Shown here in pieces: positions 12,211 through 25,369 of a stretch of 64,000 nt of DNA. The stretch lies in assembly GCF_036971445.1 (NCBI RefSeq), contig NC_091472.1, positions 313,906,001 through 313,970,000 of the forward strand, written 5' to 3'. Under the pieces are notes generated by a model. It saw only the letters and a program-made list of their open reading frames with translations, searched no databases and had not been told where the DNA came from. A program made the translations under genes and the position numbers. This DNA is from Narcine bancroftii. Lineage: Eukaryota. How positions within the stretch are numbered: the stretch's first letter is position 1; the number at the start of each line of letters is the position of its first letter.

Positions 12211-14452
12211 GTATAGCTTCCTCTAGTTGGCTGGTGCACATACTGCATCAGTAATCCTTATTCAATGCATCTGATTAAAAGGAGTCCCACACAAGCTTGG
12301 GGAGCATTGCCTCATGTTCCACTTGAGTGCAGTTAACCTTCAGGACTACGTTGAATTCTCCATCTTTGTATAACTCGCTTTCTTTATATCAAAACTGGCC
12401 ATTTCTACCACAAGTCATTTGGCTCGGTTTATTCCCTCTCTGTACAGCTTGGCCTGCTGGGCACGTTCTACGGCCTTGCTGTTATCAATATATAACAAAT
12501 AGAGTAATAAACCTCACAGCCCAGTTCACCCATTTCAATAGATGACTCATTCCCATGGCAGCCCTGGTCTCATTTATCAGAGATGTTCCCTGTGTCCCTC
12601 CATTACCTCTGCAAATTGTGCACTTTTTGTCCAGAGATGCTGCTTTACCCTGCTGACTTTCCAGCATTTCCTTTGCTTTTTGTGTTGTTAAAAGATATGT
12701 ATCACATTGAAGATGTTAGGTTTTGTCAAGCTGGCATCTTTACTTAAGCAGAAAGACTTGGTTTTTATGCTCGAGAATGCAATCCTCTGGTTTAATTTTT
12801 AACTACCAAATTTTGAAGAAATCTGTAGTTATTGACTTTTTCCTCAAAGCTTGGGTCATTTTGGTTGTGGGAAGGGATGTAAATCAACTTGTTGCTGGTA
12901 TAATCCTTGTGGAATTTGGCAGCTCTGCTTATTCTCATAGTTAAATCTATGCAAGAGTAGTTCTTGTATCAGCAAATTCCAGATTTCTTTTTGTTTGTAC
13001 CTAACCAGTAACTTCTGTCTGTAGTTCAGAACAATGAGCCTTATTAGGGCATTTTTTTTTGTTTGACCTAGCTAAGCAACAGGATCAGCTGTTTGATACA
13101 TGTACAGTATTTCTGTTCTAAACTGATGTTGGCAAAGCAGTAGATTAGATCTTGTTATGTAAGACCCTTTAAGTAGTCTGTAAAATTCAATATTGTAATT
13201 GTACTTTTAAAAAATTGCATGGAATTCGCTGTAAATTTATTTCTACCCTTTAAAAGTACTCCACTTTTATTTTTGTCTTTAATATTTACATCCCTGTGTG
13301 TTTACTAGAATTAAAGATTTTAATGTTAAAATGTTTTTGCTGGGAACCTTCTCCAGCATATTTGTGTATTGCACGTCCCCAGCATCTGCAAACTTTATTG
13401 TTTAACTTGGTACACAGTGAATGTAGAATTTCATAAAACGTTTAATAAAATGTCACATGAATATTTGTGACAATAGAAGAATGACAGGTGACTTGTTGAA
13501 ATATAAAAGTTCTGAGAAGGACTGAGAAAATAAGGGGCAAAATTTTCTGCTGGCTAGAATAAAAAATATTGGCCTGTGAATGTTCCATTATTAAATATTA
13601 ATTCAGGGCAGATGCTGGGATCTTGGTAAAAGGCTAAATTTGATAAATAGAAGACCACACATCTCTTGAACCTTCCTCTTTTTTTTTGTCCTCTTTCTAT
13701 AAAGATACTCCCTGATTTGCGACCTACTTGACTTGCGTCCATCCGCACATGCGACAGGATTTTTTTTTAAATAAGAAAAAATCCAGAAAAATTACGCGGT
13801 TTATGCTGTATTTGACAAACTACAACAGAAATACAGGGCATGCAAGAGCCAAAATATGTGTACTTACCTTGTTATTTGGTGTCCCAGGGATCATGGGCTT
13901 AGCGCAGCCATCTTGATTCCTGTGCGCATGCACTAGTTTTTGATTGGCACATGCACATTGGGTTCACGTATTGGAATTCGGTTCGCACATGCGCGAGAGT
14001 TAAGGCACAAATTCAATATCATTAGGGCGGTAATATTTATACACAGGGACAAGAATGTGGAATTTCCTGCTGAGGTCCCATGAAGCAAATTTCAAAAGTT
14101 CATTGGATACAAGGAAATTATTGGGGAAGTTCACTTGCATCTGGATACACGTCTGTATCAGTACTCCTTATCATCTTAAATTTCCCATGTCTATACACAG
14201 ACAATTGAATTTATTTTCACTATTGTGTTTGTTTTACTCGATCTATCTACAAAAAGAACATTATCAGTTTTGTGGCTCTGAAGAATTTAATTCTGCTATG
14301 ATTTTTGGAAAAAATCTTTCCAAAAGTATGAACAAATTCCATAAATACCTTTTATTGAAGTTGTTTAGCTGGGACGTGTATGGATTTTCAAACTGAGCAT
14401 AAACATAATGCACAGCAGAAGTATAAAGATAACTAAGTTTTATGGTTCTATT

Positions 14453-15790
14453 AGAACCATGAACTGCTACAGCACAGAAATGGGCCCTTTTGGCCATTCT
14501 AGTCTGTGCCAAAACATTTTTTTAATCCTAGTCTCACTGACCTGCACCCAGTCTATAGCTATCCATATCTCTCCCATCCATGTACCTGTCCAATTGCTTC
14601 TTAAATATTAAATTTGAGCCGGCATTCACTACCTCAGCTGGAAGTTCGTTCCACACTCCCACCACTCTGTGTGAAGAAGTTCCCCAACAGATTCCCCCTT
14701 TCACTCTTAACCCATGACCTCTGGTTTGTATCTCACCTACCCTCTAGAAAATGCCTACCTACCTTTACTCTATCTATCCCCTCATAATTTTAAATCTCCC
14801 CTCATTCTACTCTCCAGGGAATAAAGTCAAGCAACATCCTAATACATCTTCTCTGCACTGTTTCTTTCTTATTGATATCTTTCCTGTAGTTAGGTGACCC
14901 AAAACTGCACACAATACGGTACTCCAAATATGGCCTCACCAATGTCTTATACAATTTTATCATAACATCCCAGCTCCTGTACTCAATACAGGTACACAGT
15001 CCTTTATTTGGACTTCTAAAATCTGGAAATCTCCAAAATCCGGTAAGTGGGGAGAGAGATGGCAGTGCAAGTCGGGATGGTGAGTGGGGGGGAGACCGGC
15101 ATCACGAGTTGGGCAGGTGAGGGGGGGGAGACCGGCAGCGCGAGTCGGGGAGGTGGGGGGGGGGGGGGACGACACCATGACTGGAGGGGGGAGTGAATGT
15201 GGCAGCACAATTCGGTGGGCTTGTATTCTGGCTTTCCAAAATCTGAAATTCAGAACACACCGTCCCCCAAGGGTTCCAGATAAAGGATTGTGTACCTATA
15301 CTTTGATTTATGAAGGCCAATATTCCAAAAGCTCTCTTTACAGCCCTAATCACCTGTGACTCCACTTTCAAGAATGGTGTATCTGTCTTCCCAAATCTCT
15401 CTGTTCCACCGCACTCCTCAGTGCCCGACCATCCACTGTGTCTGTCCTTGGTTTGTCCTTCCAAACTGCAACACCTCACACTTGTCTGCATTAAATTCCA
15501 TTTTTCCAGCAGGTCCAGATCCCTCTGCAAGCTTTGAAAACCTTTGCTGTTCACAACGCCTCCAATCTTAGTGTCATCTGTAAATTTGATGATCCAATTT
15601 CCCACATAATCATCCAGATCATTGATATAGATGACAAACAACAGTGGTCTCAACACTGATGCGTGAGGCACAGCACTAGTCATTGGCCTCCAGTCTGAGA
15701 AGCAATCGTCCGCCACTACTCTGGCTTCTCCCATCCAGTCATTGTCAAATCCAGTTCACCATAAATACCTAGCATCTGAACCTTCCTGAA
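14453..15790 (-). mobile_element. CR1 LINE 3' fragment interrupted by a MITE
   Basis: PLLFVIYINDLD...IKFTDDTKIGG RT motif and a CR1-type 3' tail near 14453. Confidence 0.75.
14989..15298. mobile_element. Tc1/mariner (pogo/Tigger-like) MITE
   Basis: TIRs caggtacacagtcctttat / ataaaggattgtgtaccta, flanked by a TA duplication (14987-88, 15299-300). The CR1 sequence resumes after it. Confidence 0.75.
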
Positions 15791-16436
15791 GAAAGACCTC
15801 TTGCAAGACTAAAATGACATCATTTAGCCTGATAAATAACTACCCAATTGTTTCATAAGATCCCAAAAGTATGAGTTTACTGCACTCGTAACATCTAAAA
15901 TAAAGTTGTTCAAGTTGTGTTAATCATCCTGGAAGTCTGACTCCTGCTTGAGCATTGGGTTTTGGAACACAGAAATGCAAAACTGTGTTCCCCTCGAAAA
16001 TTGTTTACAACTTAAGAAGTATAACGCTTTCCTTTGGGAACCATGCTTAAATTCCATAGGAACACAATTATAGTGTGAACAACTGTGCCTCACTGCCCTA
16101 CCTTCCCCATCTGCAACACGGTGGGGGGGGTCCATACCATTCTAACCAGGAAAGTCAAGTCAAAGAAAACAGCCTGAGCACGGGGCACTGTGATGTGACA
16201 ACCCATAAACCCCCCCCCCCCCATAGATGTTTCATATCTTTGTTGTAAATGTTCCTGAAAATGTTCTGTGTAACTGGTTAAGTGTTAAATCTTGAGGGTG
16301 TAAGGAAGAAGAGGGAAGGGCACAGAAAAAGCTTGAGCTCTACAGAAAATCTTGTATAGAATTGATGATTGTAAATTGTAATTAATTTTGATAATTTTGA
16401 GTTTAAGTTTGGAAAATCGAAAGAAAGTTGTGCTGA

Positions 16437-16808
<372 letters not shown>

Positions 16809-16811
16809 TAG

Positions 16812-16960
16812 ATGAGGTTCGCCATGGTACCTATCGGCAGTTATTCCACCCCGAGCAGCTCATAACAGGGAAGGAGGATGCTGCAAATAATTATGCTCGT
16901 GGGCATTATACTATTGGCAAGGAGCTGATTGACTTGGTCCTTGACAAAGTCCGTAAACTG
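16812..16960 (+). CDS. TUBA: Alpha-tubulin A exon 3 (149 nt)
   Basis: tag|ATGAGGTT...AAACTG|gtaaga, encoding [37 protein letters not shown]. Confidence 0.97.
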
Positions 16961-17860
16961 GTAAGATTCTTGCATGACGTCCATTAAAACAAGGGCAGTT
17001 GACAGTAATTGGTTCATGGTTTAATGAAATATCATCTATTTTCATATATTTTTTAGAGGACCTGATGGTACATTCGACTATGATGGCGGCTTCAGAGATT
17101 GCCCTTCACATCCAAAAACCTGTGTTTCAATCCTGACCAGGCCTGAACAGGGAGTGGATAACTAAAAGATCACATCTCCTTGATGCGTGTTAAGAGCCAC
17201 AAGTGAAATGCCTTCTTATAGTTTCCAAACTAAGTGCTGGTAAACATCTGTCCACAGCTCTTAAGGTACCCCTGTATTGGATGGTGTGAAGGTGTAGATC
17301 ATTTAACTGGCACCTTAAAATACACAAAAATAAAATAGTCCAGGATCAAGAAATATCAATTGCAGAATATATGAAAGTTTTGTAGATTAATAGAACGTTC
17401 AGGGGCCCATAAAAAGTGAAATTCCATTGCTTATTTTGTTTTTCTGCTGAGAATTCTATTGGTAATTTGTGGAAGAAGTTATTTTAGTTTTGTATTTGAT
17501 GACAACGGTATCACTTCAATCCCAGCAGCATTCAAAGTAATCAGGAACAATTAAACCCATGACTGTACATTGCAAATTAAGAAGGAGCAGGTACAGGGGA
17601 TCGTGAAGATTTTTTTTAAAAAGCAATACCAAAGTACAAGTTGACAAGGAATGGCCCAAGTAGCAATACATTTAACTTTGAATCGATAATTGGTGTGGTT
17701 GTTTGAAACATTTTGGATTTTTAAAAATAAAATACTCAAAATGGGCACAAATGGGTTCAGCGAAGATTAAATGATTCATGGACTTGGTGAATCAAAGAAA
17801 AATTGTTAATATTGGAATAAATGCAGATTTTCCTAGCTATATCTTATAGCTGTATGGTAA

Positions 17861-18865
<1,005 letters not shown>

Positions 18866-20779
18866 ATGATCTGAAACATTCCTAACTGCTGAGGTTAATA
18901 TGTTGGTTGATTCAAGGGAAGGAGATTTGATTCCTAGTATTTTTTCCTGTCAAGTGTAAATTATACTCATTAAAATTCTGCTTTTGTAGTAAGTTTGCTG
19001 AATATTGCAATTATAAGAAAATGTAAAGGGCAGTGGGCAAATAATAAACCTTCGTGTATCAGACAAGGATTGATTATTTATTTCAACCATAGCAAAACAT
19101 AGTTGTATACCATAAACAGTGGAAATAAATATTCCTGTTTAATTCACGCCCATGTCATGCATTGAGACCTTTGACGTCAAATAATTTGAAGTTTGGACTT
19201 GCAAAGGTATACTGTTGCAGGTAATTGGACCTGTTTGTCCAAATTGCTTGTGATGACAAAGCTGCCCTCATTTATCACTACCACCCCTTGCCAGGCCACA
19301 CTGCTAACATCCTAAATCCAAAATATGGTTACGAGCATTTCAGTGGAAAGAATTTTGTCCTTGTTTTTGGGTCAGGGGACCTTTACCCAGACTAAAGTTG
19401 GAATCAAAATTTATTGTCATGAACATGTCACATAATTTGTTGTTTTGCGGCAAAGTAAGGCAGTGTCAGAAGGGAACACTAAGTGTTCATCTTCTTGTAC
19501 TTCCCTCCTGATGGTAGCAGAATGAATGTGGGTGCTATTGTTATAACAGCACCAGCGATCAAGACCGGGGTTTGAATCCCGTGCCATCTAAGGAGTTTGT
19601 ATGTTCTCCCTGTGCATGGGATTTCCCTGGAAGCTCTGGTTTCCTCCCACTGTTTGAAACGTACCGGGGGTTGTTGGTTAATTGGGCAGCATGGGCTCAT
19701 GGGCTGAAATGTCCTGTTACCAAGCTGTAAGAGGGCATGGCCTGGGTAGTGAGGGCTCTTGAGGATAGAGACTGATTTATTAAGTCGTCATGCTTATTGT
19801 CATCTGATTGTACAAGTACAACTGATGGAACAGCATTCTCCAGTCCTCAAAGCAAAAGACGCAGACTCACAACCAGACATAACACACACACAGACAAACA
19901 ATACACATAAATAAATATTGTGTACAAATGAGAATGAGAGTCTCTGATGGTCACTATGAGCAGTTCCTTTGGTCATTCAGCGGTCTCACTACCCGTGGGA
20001 AGAAGCTGTTCCTCAACACCCACTCTGATACTCCTGCATCTCTTCTGCCAATTGTAAATGCCCTCATTAGAGTTGGAGTATCTGAAAGTCGTTATTTGAT
20101 TCATCTATATAATTTATACAATTTAATTTTGTATAGAGGGAGGGGTTGGATTATTAGGGGTTTTTTTCTCCTTTTTTTTCTTAGATAAACTTGGTAAAGA
20201 TGGGTTTAACTTTGGATCATTAAGGTTGATCCTATCGCAGGATGAAAATGCCTGAAAAGTATAACATCTTTTGTTAATATAAGGGATTCTTAATTATCTC
20301 TTATCTATTTTCTATTCAACATTAATTTTGGCCATATTATGAGAAATGGGGTAACAACTCAGAATTCAATGTTTTGAATGGGATAAGTAAATAATTACGG
20401 TTATACTTCTGGTTTACAATTTTTGTGTGATATGTATATGATATGATTTATGTTACTAATTAGAGAACCATGTATAAAGGGTTTTGCTATTAAACTCAAT
20501 AAAAAATATTTTAAAAAGGAAAGAAGAGAGTGAAGGCTAGTGCAAAGAAAACCCAAAGGGTCCTTTGCAAAGTAGATTGGATGGGCTGAATGGCCTGCTC
20601 TGATGTCTCTTGGTCCTTTGGAACATTGACCATTTCTACCCCAACTAACCTGCTGAAGATTCCAGCTTTTTTTGTGTATCTTAGAAGAGAATCTATTGAT
20701 CAAGTTCTCTCTCTGGATGCCTCATCTCCCAGATTTTGGCAACAGTGGATCGATGGTTTGCCTGGAACTACAATACCCA

Positions 20780-21020
20780 CAATGCTTCCAAAAGCGGCGC
20801 ATGCGCAGACAGTATCGACGCAAGCGGGGACGAGGCTGAAGGACAATGGCCCCTTTTTTTGCGTCTGCGCATGCGTAGTTATTGCGATTGTTGCCACTGA
20901 GACCGACATGCGCGCCTGCAACGCTACGCATGCGCAGCGGATGGTGAAGGTTTTGGCGGGATAGCGCAGCGGCAGCACATGCGCGGGGAAGGGAATCGAA
21001 TTTCATCATGGTATGGCGGC
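20780..21020 (+). promoter_or_regulatory. CpG-rich promoter of alpha-tubulin B
   Basis: Several GCGCATGCG / ACATGCGC NRF1-type motifs, and an X-box-like GTTGCCACTGAGAC at 20890-20903. Confidence 0.7.
21008..21010 (+). CDS. TUBA: Alpha-tubulin B exon 1 (initiator ATG only, predicted)
   Basis: CATC-ATG|GTATGG at the end of the CpG-rich segment, phase 0, compatible with exon 2. Confidence 0.65.
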
Positions 21021-21089
21021 CACAACACCCCTCCACTGTGCCTGGACCTCCCGCCCCTCCACTCCACTCCTCCTCCGGGTCCATATCCA

Positions 21090-21600
21090 CACCCCTCCAC
21101 CGGGGCCAGACCCCCAACCCCATTCCCCCACTGAGGCCAGACCCCCACCCCTCCTCTGGGGCTGGACCCCCCATGCCTCCATCCCCCTCCACCGAGGCTG
21201 GACCCCCCACCCCTACATCGTGTCCACACCCACACCCCCACCCCCACCGAGGCTGGACCCCCCACCCCCACATCGTGTCCACACCCCCACCCCTACATCG
21301 TGTCCACACCCCCACCCCCACCGAGGCTGGACCCCCCACCCCTACATCGTGTCCACACCCACACCCCCACCCCCACCGAGGCTGGACCCCCCCACCCCTA
21401 CATCGTGTCCACACCCACACCCCCACCCCCACCGAGGCTGGACCCCCCCACCCCTACATCATGTCCACACCCCCACCCCTACATCGTGTCCACACCCCCA
21501 CCCCTACATCGTGTCCACACCCCCACCCCCACCGAGGCTGGACCCCCCACCCCCACATCGTGTCCACACCCCCACCCCCACCAAGGCTGGACACCCCCTC
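21090..21600 (+). repeat. C-rich modular minisatellite
   Basis: Shuffled modules ccccaccgaggctggacccccca and cccctacatcgtgtccaca. Confidence 0.92.
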
Positions 21601-22479
21601 CACTGCAGACAGACCCCCTCCTCCCACTGCACGATGCATGGCAATTCTCCCAGAGGCAGCTTCCAACAACCCATCCCCCTACTATTTCCCCTTCTATTTG
21701 CGTGACCCACCCTTAATCCAGCCCCTCCAACTGCTGGTGAGCCATCTCCCTCCTACAGACAGAAACCCGTCCCTCTCTATGCCAGCCCATCCTGTCAGCA
21801 TCTCATTCCCCTCCTACCTTAAAGTATTTTTCCCCCACTCCCAACAATCCATTCCTCTCCATGCCAACCCCCTTTCACTTTCAGCAAAATGTCCCCCTCA
21901 TATTTGCTGCTCCAACCATTCAGCACCCTAACTGTAATATCTTTTCCCCAATACCAGCTACCTGCAACCCACCCCACTGACAGCCGGCAACTTGTGCCCC
22001 CGTAACTAACCGTTCACACTGGCAGCATCCCACCCCTTCCATGCAAGACCTCTCCAACTGTCTTCAACCCATCCCCATCCAACCCCAAAACCTTATTTTT
22101 GGCAGCAAACCATTCCCCATACCAGCTCAGTAATATCCTTTTCCAAATACAACATCCCATCTCATTCTGCCAACAACTTATTCACCAGTCCAACCTTATT
22201 GCTACATTATTAGCACCCCATCTCACCCTACTCGGTCTCTCCCTCTGCCAACACCCACTCACAAAACACCTCCGTCCAGCCCAGTATCTCACCCACATCC
22301 AGCAAAGCCAGTGATCCATCACTGACCCACTGCTAGAAACCCACCCCCAGTGGGAGTCCATTTTCAGAATTCATCCTCTGCAGCAGAAAATACTGGGGAG
22401 GGAGAAGTGTTGCTTTGTGGTCAGTCTATTGATTATAAATATCAGCCCAAGGAGTTTTTATTTCAATACAGTTTTTTAT

Positions 22480-22830
22480 AAAAGCCCCTGGTATCTGGAA
22501 TTCAAGCAACCGGCAGAAAAAATTGAGGAATTGAGCTCTGGAACGTGGCAATTTTTGCAAGCTTCTCCAAGCAGATCCTCTCCTGACATTCATTTAACTT
22601 TGCACGACCAGGAACCTTATTCAAACAGCTGCTACGAGCAAAGCACTCCGCTGGCTGAATACTTGCTCCCATCTTCACCAACGGTTTGTTTTACTTCAGG
22701 GACCATTTATTTTTACAATTGTAAACATTTTAACCTATTATTATTTATTTTAATTATTAAAATGTATTTTCCTCAATGTTTGAGCTTGAGCTGCTGGTTG
22801 CTTGATTTCCGGATACCAGGAGTTTTACTG
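22480..22830. mobile_element. Tigger-like non-autonomous DNA transposon
   Basis: TIR-like ends (cccctggtatctggaattcaagcaacc / ggttgcttgatttccggataccagg). A related, inverted copy spans about 23690-24600. Confidence 0.55.
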
Positions 22831-23410
22831 GAATTAGAATTTACCACCACTCTCAGAGTAAAGGCTCAAGGTCCATTACCCAGATCTTCTCCATGGCTGA
22901 TAGGAATTAAGTCATACAATATAAAGGTTGACTTGCCTGGATAGCATGCAAAGCAAGGCCCGTCACTGTATCTCGGTACATATGACGATTATTTTATTTT
23001 ATTTAATTCTTGCCAAAGCATTGCCATTCCACTCAAGAAGCCCATACATTTATTCTTTGCACCCGACGAGTCCCACTATGTTGCATTCTTACACTGCTTA
23101 CCTTGTTTTAATGTAACTTTAAAATCAGCGAGTGCCCTCTGAGAGCATCTCCTGCTCTCTGCATGCTACATGTTCTCTCTCACAAAGCTTGGTAGTCTGC
23201 CGTCCCTGTAAATCCTGTGACAAATTGAACTTGTGGGATCTCCAGCACTCGAGGTCTTTCTGCTCACTTTGCTTCAAGATTACAATATGTTCTTACTGGG
23301 ATTGGTCACACTGAGTTCAAATTAGGAGAGATATCTTTGAAGGTGCCTTTCCTATCAGCCATTAAGATCCTCAGCATCAATTGAGGGTCTTGACAGTGGA
23401 CATTGAGACT

Positions 23411-23995
23411 TTAAATATATATAATTTTTAAATTAAATTTTGACATACAAAATGGCCATTTTGTCCCACAAGCCCTTGCTGCCCAATTACTCACAATTAA
23501 CCTGCACCTCTGGTACTTTTTGAAGAGTGGGAGGAAACCAGAGTCCCCAGGGAAACCCACTTGGTCACAGGGAGAACATACAAACTCCTTACAGACAGCA
23601 TGGGGGTTCAAACCCCAGTCCCAATTGCTAACGCTGTAAAGGCTATGCCAATCATGCCGCCCCTTGTAGAATGCTGTTAATTTCCAATTCTAGTAAAACC
23701 CCTAGTATCCAGAATTCAATCAACCAGCAAAAAAAGTTGAAAATAATTTTTTTAAATTAGGGTAGCATGGTTAACGTAGCGGTTAGTGCAACATTGCCAC
23801 AGTGCCAGCGATTGGAACCGGGGTTCAAATCTGGCGGTGTCTGTAAGGAATTTGTACATTACCCATGTCTGGGGGGGTTCCGATTTCCTCCCACCATTTG
23901 AAATGTACCAGAGTGTTGTAAGTTAATTGGGTGTAATTGCGCGTCATGGGCTGAAAGGGCCTGTTACCGTGCTGTATATCTAAATTTTTAAAAAA
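23411..23995. mobile_element. Two tRNA-derived SINE copies in head-to-head orientation
   Basis: A-box/B-box-like head (ggttaacgtagcggttag...ggggttcaaatc) and shared tgtaaggagtttgta core. Other copies near 19520, 29360, 39890, 42210 and 55545. Confidence 0.65.
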
Positions 23996-24694
23996 GAATA
24001 AAATAGGTAAAAACTAAGTGTTTACAATTGTGAAAATAAATGTTCTCTGAAGTTACACATGAACCTTTGGTGAAGACGGGAGCAAATATTCAGCCAGTGG
24101 AGGGCCTTGGATGTGTTTTGCTCCTAGCAGCTACTTAAATAAAATTGTGTGAAACAGCGATGGTGTCGCCCAGGGTGAAGAGCTGGTTGATGCCACTGGC
24201 TACTGGGGTGACTCTCATAAAGTGTGTCCTTATCCCTGCTTAGTAAGAGTCACCCTGGTCAAAAGCTTTCTCTGTAAACTAGGGGAAAGGGGGGTTAATT
24301 ATCTATAATGTTATTGTTCATCTTTTGGGCGGCTCCAAGGAGGGGGAGGAACCTGCAGATGCAGCAATGGTTAAATGTTTTCAAAGAATGTGATTGAAAA
24401 TAAAGAAAAATGATTTAAGGTTTATATATTCATGCAAGTGAAGTTTGTTCAGTGTAAGTACAGTCTAGTATTTTTGTCTTTTAAACTTTATTCTGAATGA
24501 AAGTAGATTAGACATTGTCAGGAGTAAGTCTCAATCAACCAGAAAATATACTTATCCAGAATCTACGAATCCCCATAGGATACCAGAGGTTTTTATTGTA
24601 CATTTATAATAAATTGAGATTGCTTTGACTTGCTTTTACAATCACAACCTGACCTGTATTTAAATAATTTGGAATTTGTAACTCATTGTCACAG

Positions 24695-24917
24695 CATGAA
24701 TGTATCTCCATCCACATTGGCCAGGCTGGTGTCCAGATTGGAAATGCCTGCTGGGAGTTATACTGTTTAGAACATGGTATCCAGCCTGATGGATTTATGC
24801 CCAGGGATTGGACCTACAGAGCTGCCGATAATTCCTACAATACTTTCTTCTCTGAGTCGGGTGTTGGAAAGCTTGTCCCGAGAGCTCTATTCATCGACTT
24901 AGAACCCACTGTAGTTG
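24695..24917 (+). CDS. TUBA: Alpha-tubulin B exon 2 (223 nt, divergent)
   Basis: cag|CAT GAA TGT ATC gives [52 protein letters not shown]. Ends at a GTAAGT donor. Confidence 0.95.
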
Positions 24918-25369
24918 GTAAGTCTAATGTAATCTGTTTCTATCTCAATTTTATCTCGTTTAGAATTTAAATGGCAAAAGGAATTTTGAATATTGGTAAC
25001 ACTGCTTCCAAGCAACAGATACTATCTTCCATAAAATGTCTATTGATGACTGTGTGCATGCAGACAGGCACACACAAAATATTCTAAAGTGATCAAAGGT
25101 GTGGAGCAGTCGCATGGTCAAAGGGGCTTGTCACGGAAAGCCAACATGCAGATGGAACAGACAACCAGGAAGGCAAATGGCATTTATTTCAAGAAGATCT
25201 GAACACATGAATACTATTTCCAAATCCTCATTTTAGTTAGTTATGGGATCATGAAGTATTATGGTGTTATTTTCCTGATTTTCAGTTGTTGCATTTGGAT
25301 ATTGCATTGAGAAAAGTTTATCTTCAAGAACAAAGTTGTAAATGTTAAAATTTTGCAAGATTGGAGATC

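Noticed and set aside
20722-21931. Pro/His-rich ORFs up to 307 aa
   Set aside because: They are translations of the C-rich minisatellite. The ATG at 21008 is better read as tubulin exon 1.
23760-23840. tRNA gene
   Set aside because: It is the tRNA-derived head of a multi-copy SINE, with no intact cloverleaf evident.
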